The notes below the pieces were generated by a model. The model was not told the origin of the DNA. It did no database searches and saw only the letters and a list, made by a program, of their open reading frames with translations. A program made the position numbers and the translations under genes. Positions 12,090-22,110 of a stretch of 34,887 nucleotides of DNA are shown one piece after another. How positions within the stretch are numbered: position 1 is the first letter of the stretch; each line of letters begins with the position of its first letter. The stretch is taken from positions 17,648,266 through 17,683,152 of the forward strand of contig NC_068999.1 in assembly GCF_001194135.2 (NCBI RefSeq). The letters are read 5' to 3'. Source of the stretch: Octopus bimaculoides (lineage: Eukaryota).

Positions 12090-12453
12090 GTAACATTAGA
12101 TATACACGCAATTTCAGTAACACTTCAAGTTTTCAAAACCCTGTTCCTAAGAGGGAAAACTATTGTAGTAGCTTTACAGGACAATGCATTTTAATTGCCA
12201 TACATTCCTGATTCAAACCTCCATTTTGACAGGGCTTCTAGTGGAAAACTTCCACAAATTGATCATGTCTCCATTTCTTATTTTCTCCGTGGGTGAACTT
12301 ACGTCATTCTGTAATAATGTGTGCCAGTGTTCCTTCCGAAATTAAGTATACCCTACATTTTGCCAAGATCTTCTCCTCGTCCCAAATATGCCTCAGTGGT
12401 TTGTTTGCAGTGCTTGATCCTGAACATCCATAAGAAGTCTCTTTTTTAAGGTT
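12090..12453 (-). mobile_element. R4/Dong-clade non-LTR retrotransposon fragment (zinc-knuckle region), decayed
   Basis: Frameshifted minus translation NLKKET..LLMDVQDQALQTN..AKCRVYLISEGTLAHIITE*..KKWRHDQFVEVFH*KPC matches DLKxET..LI.AAQEQA..TN..KxRxC..ETV.HV..C..KR.H of the 21186-22110 copy. The left boundary is approximate. Confidence 0.75.
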
Positions 12454-12982
12454 ACATGAGACACATGCATCACAACCGTATGCGGGCGACATAGTGATCT
12501 CATATCAAGATAAATAGCGCATGACCATGCAGGTGGGGCCCTTTTAGAATTTTCTTCAAGTCGAGTAGCCCTTCGCACTCAAAAGGTCCCTGAATAAGGG
12601 TTGCTTTAGTATGTTCTACAAAACACCCATGTTTCCAAAGGTGAATTATACAAAACCCAAAATATTCCTCTCAACACATGGCTATGATGTTCCCCTTCTA
12701 CTTCGGCTCATGATCAGAGATGCACATATCGTCAGCGACTAAGGGACAAGCTCAACTGGTTATGGTGAAGCATCTGACTAGCAAATCTATGGTACGGAGC
12801 AGAATATTTGCTGTAGCCCATCTTTTATACCAAGACAAAACATTGTACATGATAACACTTCCAATCAGTTAAGATCAGAAGGCANNNNNNNNNNAAGACA
12901 AAACATTGTACATGATAACACTTCCAATCAGTTAAGATCAGAAGGCAACAGAGCCACATCTTGGTACTGCATCAGGGTATTT
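12448..12982 (+). mobile_element. Unclassified interspersed repeat (family D), 5'-truncated, ends in (ATT)n
   Basis: Aligns by eye with the reverse complement of 15457-15982 and with 32150-32531. Strand is arbitrary. Confidence 0.85.
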
Positions 12983-13159
12983 ATTATTATTATTATTATT
13001 ATCATTATTATTATTATTAATTTGATTTAGTTTTTGTTGTATTATTATCAATGACAGCGCACTCGTACGGCCACTACATAATCGCTTTAAACAGCCAAAG
13101 GATGAAATAAAACCATAAGTACACGTCCTATTCTTGTTCGTGATTGTCTCGTTGGCCTT

Positions 13160-13265
13160 GTTATTTTCTTCTTTTTCTTCTTCTTCTTCTTCTTCTTCTT
13201 CTTCTTCTTCTTCTTCTTCTTTTGCTTCTTTTTCCACTTCTTCCACTTTTTCCACTTCTAATTCT
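13160..13265. repeat. (TTC)n microsatellite decaying to TTCCAC
   Basis: Direct reading. Confidence 0.95.
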
Positions 13266-13489
13266 TCTTCGCATTTATTTTTATTATTCATATCCACCAT
13301 TACAATAGAAACATAACATTATTCTACACTATATTTATTTCTGCTTAGAATTTTACATACAATATACATANNNNNNNNNNAATAATATTAATAATAATAA
13401 CACACTTTATTTTCTTTCAGTGCACATCATTGGGAGTAGAATGTAGACTTCACGAGACGCACAGTTTTCTACATACGGACGCTTATTGC

Positions 13490-13605
13490 ACAGTGGATAG
13501 TGCACGGTTGTTGCCTCGTGATTAGTGGGTTGAGAACTCGAAAGTAATCGCTTTGGGTCTTTCACAGTACTCACGTCTACTCAACTAAAATGATTAACTG
13601 CCTTG
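13490..13605 (+). mobile_element. Possible old SINE remnant
   Basis: CAGTGGATAGTGCACGG...GGGTTGAGAACTC (decayed tRNA-like head) followed by CTCACGTCTACTCAACTAAAATGA, similar to common SINE cores. Highly degenerate. Confidence 0.3.
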
Positions 13606-13781
13606 TGCTCGTGTGGTCTATGTCCTTGCGGCTGTTACGGCATGGATGCTTTGCTGGGTTATTTGTACGATGCTTACCGTAGTGCCTACGTCTATTTGAG
13701 CTTACGTAGTCACTTAAAACAAGTACAGAATCATGATAAATTTATAACAAGTCATGACCATTTCATCTAACGCCATTTTTA

Positions 13782-14470
13782 TCTTTCTTTTACTCTTTTA
13801 CTTGTTTCAGTCATTTGACTGCGGCCTTGCTGGAGCACCACGTTTAGTCGAGCAAATCGATTCCAGGACTTATTCTTTGTTCGACAAGTATTTATTCTAG
13901 CGGCCTCTTTAAGCCGAACCGCTAAGTTACGGGGACGTGAACACACCAGCATCGTTTGTCAAGTGATGTTGGAGGGACAAACACAGAAACACACACATAC
14001 ATACATAAATACANNNNNNNNNNNNNNNNNNNNNNNNNNNNNNNNNNNNNNNNNNNNNNNNNNNNNNNNNNNNNNNNNNNNNNNNNNNNNNNNNNNNNNN
14101 NNNNNNNNNNNNNNNNNNNNNNNNNNNNNNNNNNNNNNNNNNNNNNNNNNNNNNNNNNNNNNNNNNNNNNNNNNNNNNNNNNNNNNNNNNNNNNNNNNNN
14201 NNNNNNNNNNNNNNNNNNNNNNNNNNNNNNNNNNNNNNNNNNNNNNNNNNNNNNNNNNNNNNNNNNNNNNNNNNNNNNNNNNNNNNNNNNNNNNNNNNNN
14301 NNNNNNNNNATATACGACGGGTTTCTTTCAGTTTCCATCTACCAAATCCACTCAAAAGGCTTTGGTCGACCCAAGGCTATAGCAGAAGACAGTTGTCCAA
14401 GGTGCCACGCAGTGGGAGTGAACCCAGAACCATGTGGTTGGTAAGCAAGCTACTTACCACATAGCCACTC
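13782..14470 (-). mobile_element. tRNA-derived SINE family B, near full length, internal CA/TA microsatellite lost in the gap
   Basis: Minus-strand head GAGTGGCTATGTGGTAAG (A-box-like) ...GGTTCACTCCC (B-box-like); body CTTAGCGGTTCGGC; 3' end GACTGAAACAAGTAAAAGAGTAAAAGA. Confidence 0.9.
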
Positions 14471-15061
14471 AGATTTAAATAAAATTCAAACGAATGAATA
14501 TATAAATACAAATTCAGTTATGGAAATACCTTGTACTGATGGAAACACAAGATATATATACTACATAGGCATCCATTATGTTGTGCTAGAACGTTCCACG
14601 ACGCATGCCACCATCCATTCTTGCTAGCGTGGCATAATATATACAGAAGTTGATGATGCCAATACAATTGTTCCACGCCGTAATAATCATTCGAAGTTTT
14701 TTCAATGTGGTGGTATAGTTTTCATCAATGTCCTATCTGTTGACTTAATATTGAATTGCGACACCATTTCATCGCCGTCACCAGATAAACCCTTTGTCTT
14801 CATTTCGAACACCTGAAAATATCACGTCCTACTTACGCATGGGTTCCTCTATGTATGTTTTATACATCTCGAGTTTCGCTTTACAATGTAGTTTAAAGTT
14901 ATTTTCATCAAATAATTTTCTGACACATATCATGTATTTATATAAAGGCTTTGATGATGTTTCCACCATTTTCTAAGTCTAACATCCATCATTATGCTAA
15001 TTTAGTATTTTGAGCAGTAGACAAACGAAGATCTTTTCTAAATGATTGACATTAGTATAAA

Positions 15062-15094
15062 CCAACTTAATAATAATAATAATTATAAAAATAT

Positions 15095-15125
<31 letters not shown>

Positions 15126-15208
15126 AAGAAGAAGAAGAAGAAGAAGAAGACGAAGAAAAAAGAAGAAGAAGAAGAAGAGAAGAAGGAGGAGGAGGAGGAG
15201 GAGGAGGA
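15062..15208. repeat. Compound (TAA)(AAG)(GGA) microsatellite
   Basis: Direct reading. Confidence 0.95.
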
Positions 15209-15319
15209 AAGTATTAGATAGCTGAAAAGAATGGATAGCATTGTACCGTAGGCTGCAGATAGCAAGCCCATTACACATACAAGACACCAGGAGCCCCAAC
15301 AAAATGTGAGGCAAAGAGA

Positions 15320-15332
15320 AATACTACTACTG

Positions 15333-15380
<48 letters not shown>

Positions 15381-15456
15381 ATAATAATAATAATAATGAT
15401 AATAATAATAATAATAATAATATTAATAATGATGATGATGATGATGATGATGATAA
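15320..15456. repeat. Compound (CTA)(ATA)(GAT) microsatellite
   Basis: Direct reading. Confidence 0.95.
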
Positions 15457-15982
15457 TGCAGTACCAGGCAGTGGCCTTCATGGCTTCTTATCTTCACTGA
15501 TATGAACCGTTATCATGTACAGTTTTGCATTAGTATATTTGCTACAGCAAATATTCTGCTTAATACCACAAATTTGCTTGTCAGTTGTTTGACCGTAACT
15601 AGTTGAGTATGTCCCTTTGTGGCTGACGATATGTGTATTATCTCTGAACACGAGCTGAAGTAGTGGGGAAGCATCATAGCCATGTGTTGAGCGGAATTCT
15701 TTGGGGTTTGGATAATTCATCTCTGGAAACAGGGGTGTTTCGTTCAACATTCTTAAACAACCCTTATTCAGGGACCTCTTGAGTGGGATGCGCTACTCGA
15801 TCTGAGGAACATTCTAACTGGATTCCACCTGCATGATCAGGCGTTGTTAACCTCGATATGAGATCACCATGTCGCGGCGCACATATGGTTGTACCCTTAT
15901 CAGACGGGTAGTCATGATGGGTATACTGGGCTTCTTATATTTTGCCCCAGTATCACTTTGATGGCATGCACTGCCCGTCTCA
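15457..15982 (-). mobile_element. Unclassified interspersed repeat (family D), near full length
   Basis: Reverse complement aligns with 12448-12982 and 32150-32400; trinucleotide microsatellites flank both ends. Confidence 0.85.
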
Positions 15983-16020
15983 ATGATAATAATAACAATA
16001 TTTATCATCTTCATCACATC

Positions 16021-16052
<32 letters not shown>

Positions 16053-16133
16053 ATCACCATCATCATCATCACCATCATCCTCCTCCTCCTCATCATCATC
16101 ATCGTCGTCGTCGTCGTCATCATCATCATCATC
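15983..16133. repeat. Compound (AAT)(CAT)(CCT)(CGT) microsatellite
   Basis: Direct reading; explains the poly-S/poly-H ORFs. Confidence 0.95.
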
Positions 16134-18442
16134 TCACTTTATTGGCATCAGGTAATATGTTTCATTAGACTACAGCGTATATGAAATTTCTTTACCAATC
16201 AAAACTGTATAGATGTAAGTAATTTCCCAAAAGTTGGGTAATGCTCTATTCAGTGTATCAATCTTATTGAGCTTTAATTCCTTTCCTATTGTCAAAATGT
16301 AATATCTTGAAATAAGATGGCGGAATCCCAGTACCCCCGCGCAAACTGATGGTCGGCTGTTCTTTGCTAACAATAATTTTTGATCGTTTGTTGACACTTT
16401 TGTGTTTCCTCATCTATGCCATCACTATAATAGGTTTTATTTTCTAACCACATCTTGTGGCACATTATAACATATCGGATTTTACGGGTTAATCGTAAAT
16501 TTACGCAAATTCTACTCTATGATATATTTGCTTGTGCCGCCATCGCGTTACTATCTGCTCTTAGTTTCTATATATTAAATATTAAGATTAATCAAGCTCA
16601 GCGTAAAAGACCATATTTTACCTGATGTTACCTCTTCCCAAAACGCTGTAGCAGTAATATGTTCCGGTGTGTGGCGTTTGAACACCATTCATCTCATGTC
16701 ATTGTCAGTGTTCAAGAAAAAAATAAAGTTATGTATTCTTTTCCACTCACAGAAGCATATGTCGTGCTGCATATCTATCAGGAATATTTCCTTGGAAGGT
16801 ATATGTGGTCTGCTTTCATTTTTCGAAAATACAATGCCTTCTTGCATGAGTAATACTAATTTCCTTAAATTCTCTTTACAAAAATGCACTGTCTCATTTG
16901 GTATACTTCTGTCATATAGTTTCATTTTCTGGACACGAAAGCATATCGATCACCTTTCTCGTATTAACAACACAAGAACTGCTGAGAATGGTTATTAAAG
17001 TTTTCCGATTTATTTTTCTACGTTTTGTATTATATATTTTTGAAATATTATGCTCTTGCATTTTTTTGAGCCAATTTACACAACTATTAAAAAACTTGCT
17101 ATTTCTAAAATTGTATTACATTGTTTTCAATTTGTAGACGTATTGCTACTACTTCTGTACTACTAATGCAGTCTCAAATCTTCAACACATAGCCATACTG
17201 ATTTGAAGAACAATTTAAACATTATATAAGCGTGTAAAAGAAAGGACAATGTTTCTAGCTCAAATAACGTGGTAGTCACACTATCATAATAATGTCCATA
17301 CCCTGCATATGGAAATACAGAAAAGTTGACTAAATTTTGGAAAAGAAAAAAAAAACATCATATACGGTTGATGTTTACACTCTTCACAACAATGTGATTT
17401 TGAGAATGACAATAACAAAAACCATATTAACAATTTACAAATGAGACTTCAAATTTCTATTATTTGAAATGAGCTTTAATAGCTAGGTGAAACATTATCG
17501 ACTGGTATGAAACTAAAGTCAAATAGGGTATTCTAAAATAACTGCAATCAAAAGCTATTCAGAAAGTTTTTATATCAGAATCCAGTGTATCCTACGTTAA
17601 ATTAAAATAATGTGTGTGGTTTGAGAGATGCTTGATTTATATTTCAAATGGAGAAAATCGAAAACAAAAACTCAGCTCGTTGCATTATGCTAGGGAGTGA
17701 TACAATATATAATACATTGACTTGTTGCACGAGCTGCCAACTATCAGCTTCTGTTGATAAAATATATACAGGTGTTCTGGTAGTGACCACCCGTCTTTTA
17801 AATGCGTGCATGGAGTACAGAAAAATATTATCCAACGCATACATTTTTAACGCAGTAGAGTATAATTTGAAGAAACTTCGACTGTTATTTCTAGCAGACG
17901 TGAGAGAAAGGAGATTTTTCCTTGTTGCCTGGTTATATATTCTGTTGATGAAATATGTAAGCGGCCTACCCTTCCTACTATATATGTCCCTGTTCATAAC
18001 CTAGAAATCGATAGATCTCTAAAAGCAACTCAGATATAGCACAATCTATATTCGTCTTGTCTTATATTTAGAGAGAATATGATTAAATTCATATTAATCA
18101 TAACTGCCATTCGACGAGAAGCAATTGTCATACATTTAATAAGTCAAGTGCTCACTTTCACTCGCATACAAACGTAACGAAAACTTAATTTATGCACACA
18201 CATACTCGAAAGTATTCACATAATACGTATCTATACATATATACAAACACTAATAACACACACACACATATACGTTTATGTATGTGTTTATGCATGTATG
18301 CATCCGTATAAACACATATAGACAAAAATATTACGTACGCACATTACATGATTTTGACATTCATACAAAATACATTCATAAAAGAAAGAGAAATAAAACT
18401 ACGTTGTTGGTTTGTTTGCTGTCATTGTTATTTTTATTATCA

Positions 18443-18655
18443 AAGCAGTGAGCTGGCGGAATCGTGAGAATGCCAATGAAAATGATCGGCGACATTTTGT
18501 TCGTCTTAACGTTCCAAGTTCAAATTTCGCCAGGGACTACTTTGCCTTTCATCATTCGGAGTCCATAAATTAAGTGTCAACTGTGTGATGGGGTCGACCT
18601 AATCGACCAATTCTTCACCTGAAATCCCTGGATTTTTGCCAAAACATGAAAGCAT
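18443..18655 (+). mobile_element. SINE family A, copy 1 of tandem trio
   Basis: GAGCTGGCGGAATCG...CCAAGTTCAAATTTCGCC...TTTGCCTTTCATC...GGGGTCGACCTAATCGAC. Confidence 0.85.
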
Positions 18656-18670
18656 CATTATGATTATTTT

Positions 18671-18831
18671 AAGGCGGAGAGCAGGCAGAATGGACAGCAC
18701 GCCGGATGAAATGCTTAGTGGTATTTCGACTTTACCTTTCATCCAATTAAGTAACAGTGAAACACAGGGGTCAATATAATTGACTCAGCCCCGCTCTGCA
18801 AATTGCTGTCATTACGGCAAACTTTGAAACC
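18671..18831 (+). mobile_element. SINE family A, copy 2 of trio, internally deleted
   Basis: AAGGCGGAGAGCAGGCAGAAT...GAAATGCTTAGTGGTATTTCG joined directly to ACTTTACCTTTCATC; the B-box region is missing. Confidence 0.8.
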
Positions 18832-18850
18832 ATTATTATTATTATTATTC

Positions 18851-19018
18851 AGGTAGCGATCTAGTCGAATCGGTAGCACGTAGAACAGAATGCCTATCGT
18901 CATTTTCATCCGTGCTTTTGGGGTGGATAAAAGAAGTAGCAATGAAGAACTAGAGTCGATGTAATCTAATATGATCATAACCTAAAAAATTTAGCCTTTC
19001 TGCCTTTAATAGATAAGA
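18851..19018 (+). mobile_element. SINE family A, copy 3 of trio, degenerate
   Basis: AGGTAGCGATCTAGTCGAATCGGTAGCACG...TTTCATCC...GATAAAAGAAGTA...GAGTCGATGTAATC; followed by (ATT)n. Confidence 0.65.
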
Positions 19019-19342
19019 TTATTATTATTATTATTATTATTATTATTGATCAGGCTGATGGAGACACAGACACCGATGACGAGGATGTTGATGATATTAT
19101 TGAAGAGGGGAAGGAGAAGCTGGACGGAGGGGATGCCAATTTTTTTTTTCAGGATAAAATAAGTGGAAATTTGGACGACTGAGGGCGGATCCTATTATAT
19201 AGAATAACATTTTTTACGCCTAGATATATACTTGAACGAAGCAGCAAAACATTTTGGTTATATGGGCAAGAAGAAACGGACAAATAAAGTTATGAAATAT
19301 CGATTGACTTACAATCATATAATGAATATATTACTATTTTCA

Positions 19343-19470
19343 GAAAGTTTGAACACAAAGTGTATACACGGAATGATGTTACATACGCAAAATCTAATTC
19401 AAACAATATTAGGACGAACATGGAGCCCTACCAGCCTACGGATGAAAACCCACTGCACAATCCTTGCTAA
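19343..19470 (+). CDS. Candidate terminal exon (xKFEHKVYTRNDVTYAKSNSNNIRTNMEPYQPTDENPLHNPC*), unassigned
   Basis: Acceptor TATTACTATTTTCAG| followed by a protein-like open frame. No homology recognised; coordinates approximate. Confidence 0.15.
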
Positions 19471-20817
19471 TATATTTACTCAAACTAAAAGGGCTCTCCA
19501 AACAAATGAGAAATTCAATATAGCTCTGTTCAGGGAAGATAGTTTTGCATTTTGTATGCAATCAAATGATGATATGAACGAAGCTTTGTGAGACTTACGC
19601 AACAGAATCTTGCCATTCATGCTCAAAATGATATATTATAACAGATACTGAGTAACACACGACCCTTTACGCTTGGCAGTTCTTACGTGGTATATACAAA
19701 CAACCAATGACAAACTGAAACATGTTATTTTCTTTATTTCTGTGTTCGACAAGCTATAAAGCCTATATAATCTAGGATTTATGGTTAAATGATAGTGCGA
19801 AAAGTTTTTGCCATTTCACTCATATTGAGCAGTACCATTTCGTTGATTTGTGTTGCCAATCTTCAAGGCACTACGCATTTGGCGCTATATTGTCTCGCAT
19901 TTTATATCTTCAATCGAAAAGAATACCTCTATGTATTTATTACAGCTAAAGTTGTTACAATTCTGTTTCTAACGTAAAAATACATTACTCATCTACAAAT
20001 GTGCTTTCATTAGAATGCTGTAAAATCTTGCAGTCTGTAGTTGCGAAAAGAAATTTGAAAATCTCAAACCCCTCTTAAAACATATCCTTCATTATCACAT
20101 ATGCACGGAAACCATGATCTTTTTGCGCAAAAAATGTTGAAAACGCAATGCTTCCGATACTAATAAATACCACTGATTGTCATTCAGACATTGCTCTAGC
20201 AAATTCAGTGTGGTACATGTTTATGTCCAAATGCTCTCTCACTTTCTCTAGTTACATACAATAGCACAACGCCATCTGTACAAAAATGCAGGCAGACACT
20301 ACCGAATACGCAGCCTTGCTTGATAGAAAAAGAAAATTGTGCGTCTGATATTGCATCAGTTAATTTTAAGTCACTTTGTGCTACGAAGAGAGTCGTCTGT
20401 ATTACTGTAAATCAATTAGAGCCAACAGAACATCATTACTTCGTTTTTATTTAGTTCAAAGTATTAGCGCTTTGTGTTATAATATATGTCTATTTTTAGA
20501 TTCTTGTTCCTTTTCGTGTGATTCCTGTGAAAATATCAAGGCCGCATGTTTTAGTTTATATGTCACCGATGTTTTATTTTTAAATTCAACTAACAAAACT
20601 GTTTTAAAAAATCTGAATTGTTTGAATAAGCTAGAAAAAAAAAATGAAAATCTGTTCACTTTTGAAACCCCATATCCACAAAACAAAATAGCTGATAAAA
20701 AGATATTTCATTTTTCTGAGCAAAAACAAAAAAAAAAAGAAATCAATGAAATAACTCAATAGCAAAATATTCAGGAAAGAAGCTTTCGTAATAAAACGTG
20801 TTTTGTTATCGTAAATC

Positions 20818-20922
20818 AATGATGATGACGATGATGATAATGATGATAATAATAATATAAACAACAACAATAATAACAATAACAACAACAACAGCAACAA
20901 CAACAACAATAACGACAACAAC

Positions 20923-20980
<58 letters not shown>
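20818..20980. repeat. Compound (GAT)(AAC)(AAT) microsatellite
   Basis: Direct reading. Confidence 0.95.
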
Positions 20981-21004
20981 GTGACTTTGCAAAGGAACAA
21001 TCTG

Positions 21005-21098
21005 GTGTGTTTATTTTAATGTTCTAGCTATGAGTTTCAGAGCCCTAGGTGTCAGGAAGACACTCAGCAAGAAATGGAACCAGAATTGAAAGAAGATA
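21005..21098 (+). mobile_element. Isolated 3' tip (~100 bp) of an R4/Dong-like element between two microsatellites
   Basis: GTGTGTTTATTTTAAT...GCCCTAG..CAGGA..ACACTCAGCAAGAAATGGAACCAGAATTGAAAGAAGATAAT matches 25446-25558, which lies downstream of an endonuclease C-terminus. Confidence 0.7.
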
Positions 21099-21185
21099 AT
21101 AACAACAACAGCAACAACAACAATAGCAGCAATAAAAACAACAACAACAACAACAATAATACTAATAATAATAATAATAATAATA
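21099..21185. repeat. (AAC)/(AAT) microsatellite separating two R4-like inserts
   Basis: Direct reading. Confidence 0.95.
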
Positions 21186-22110
21186 GAAATGAAAGCGCAA
21201 CTGAGGATGGAATATTTCCGAAGACTGACGTTGGTGTTGCGCTCAAAATTGACTGGAGAGAATAAAATGCAATCAGTTAATAGGCAGGCGACAGCATGAC
21301 TTTGGTATGGAGCAGGAATTATAAAATGGCAAAAGTGAGAAGTGAAGAAGAAAGAAATAAGACCAGAAAAATGTTGAGAATAAACGGAGCCTTCCACCCT
21401 AAGAGTGACATCGATAGGACTGTATCGAAGCAGAGGAAAACGGCTTAGTGTGGTATATAGAAAATGCCGTGGAGCCACACACGAAGACGGCCGACGTCAT
21501 CAAAACTGAAAATCGTGTAACGAAAGGAAAATGTATACAAAAAAAGAGAAAAAAAAAGCATGGAAGGAAAAATGTACGGTCAGTTTGAAAGAGATGTGAA
21601 CGCAAAGACAAATACTATGGACCGGTGGCTATGGATGATGAGGAGTGATCTGAAGGTAGAGACAAAAGCACTCATATGAGCAGCTCAGGAACAAGCATCA
21701 AAGACCAACTACATCAAGAGCAGAATAGACATCACTACCGATAGCGACAAACACAGAATGTGTGGTGAGAGGGGCGAAACAGTATAGCACGTCGTTATAG
21801 ACTGCCCGAAATTGGCACAACGCGACTACAAAAGAAGCCATAACAATTTGGCAAGAATGCCCCATTGAGAGCTGTGTGGAAATCACTGCCTACAAAAAGC
21901 AAAGGCATGGTATTAGCAAAAGCTAGAAGGAGTCACCGAAAATGAGAATTGCAAAATCCTCTGGGATGTAATAATCCAGTGCGATCACCCGAACCAGACA
22001 TCGGAAACCGGACATATATTTGTGAATAAAAAGTAAGAACATATATGATAATGTACATAGTATTCTCCGGTGACAAAAGTAGAAATGAAGAAGAAAAAAA
22101 AATGGACAAC
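21186..22110 (+). mobile_element. R4/Dong-clade non-LTR retrotransposon, 5'-truncated pseudo-ORF (RT thumb, zinc knuckle, restriction-like endonuclease N-part)
   Basis: Translation with stops and frameshifts: EMKAQLRMEYFRRLTLVLRSKLTGENK..YGAGIIKW..KTRKMLRINGAFHPKSDIDR..MYGQFERD..RSDLKVETKALI*AAQEQASKTNYIK..KHRMCGERGETV*HVVIDCPKLAQRDYKRSHN..ENENCKILWD..RHRKPDI..SGDKSRNEEEKKM. These are motifs typical of R4/Dong/Rex6 proteins. Confidence 0.9.

Noticed and set aside
12832-12947. Perfect 53-bp direct repeat inside the family D copy
   Set aside because: Identical copies flank a 10-N placeholder gap; this is the signature of an unmerged contig overlap, and the other D copies have it once.
12090-12982. 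Twin-priming inversion explaining the head-to-head R4(-)/family D(+) junction at AAGGTT
   Set aside because: The far end of the R4 fragment does not continue into the sequence that precedes this point in the other D copies, so independent insertion is simpler.
5770-14444. Long ORFs of 100-297 aa in the ORF track
   Set aside because: They consist mostly of X from N-gaps and YI/CV/TH repeats from microsatellites.
14560-14735. Minus-strand INFCIYY resembling GPCR TM7
   Set aside because: No preceding TM6 or other helices, and it conflicts with an equally weak plus-strand candidate.
17644-18004. Overlapping 117/118-aa ORFs on both strands; RKEIFPCCLVIY resembling an nAChR loop C
   Set aside because: No recognisable domain and no supporting Cys-loop exons; length is within reach of chance.
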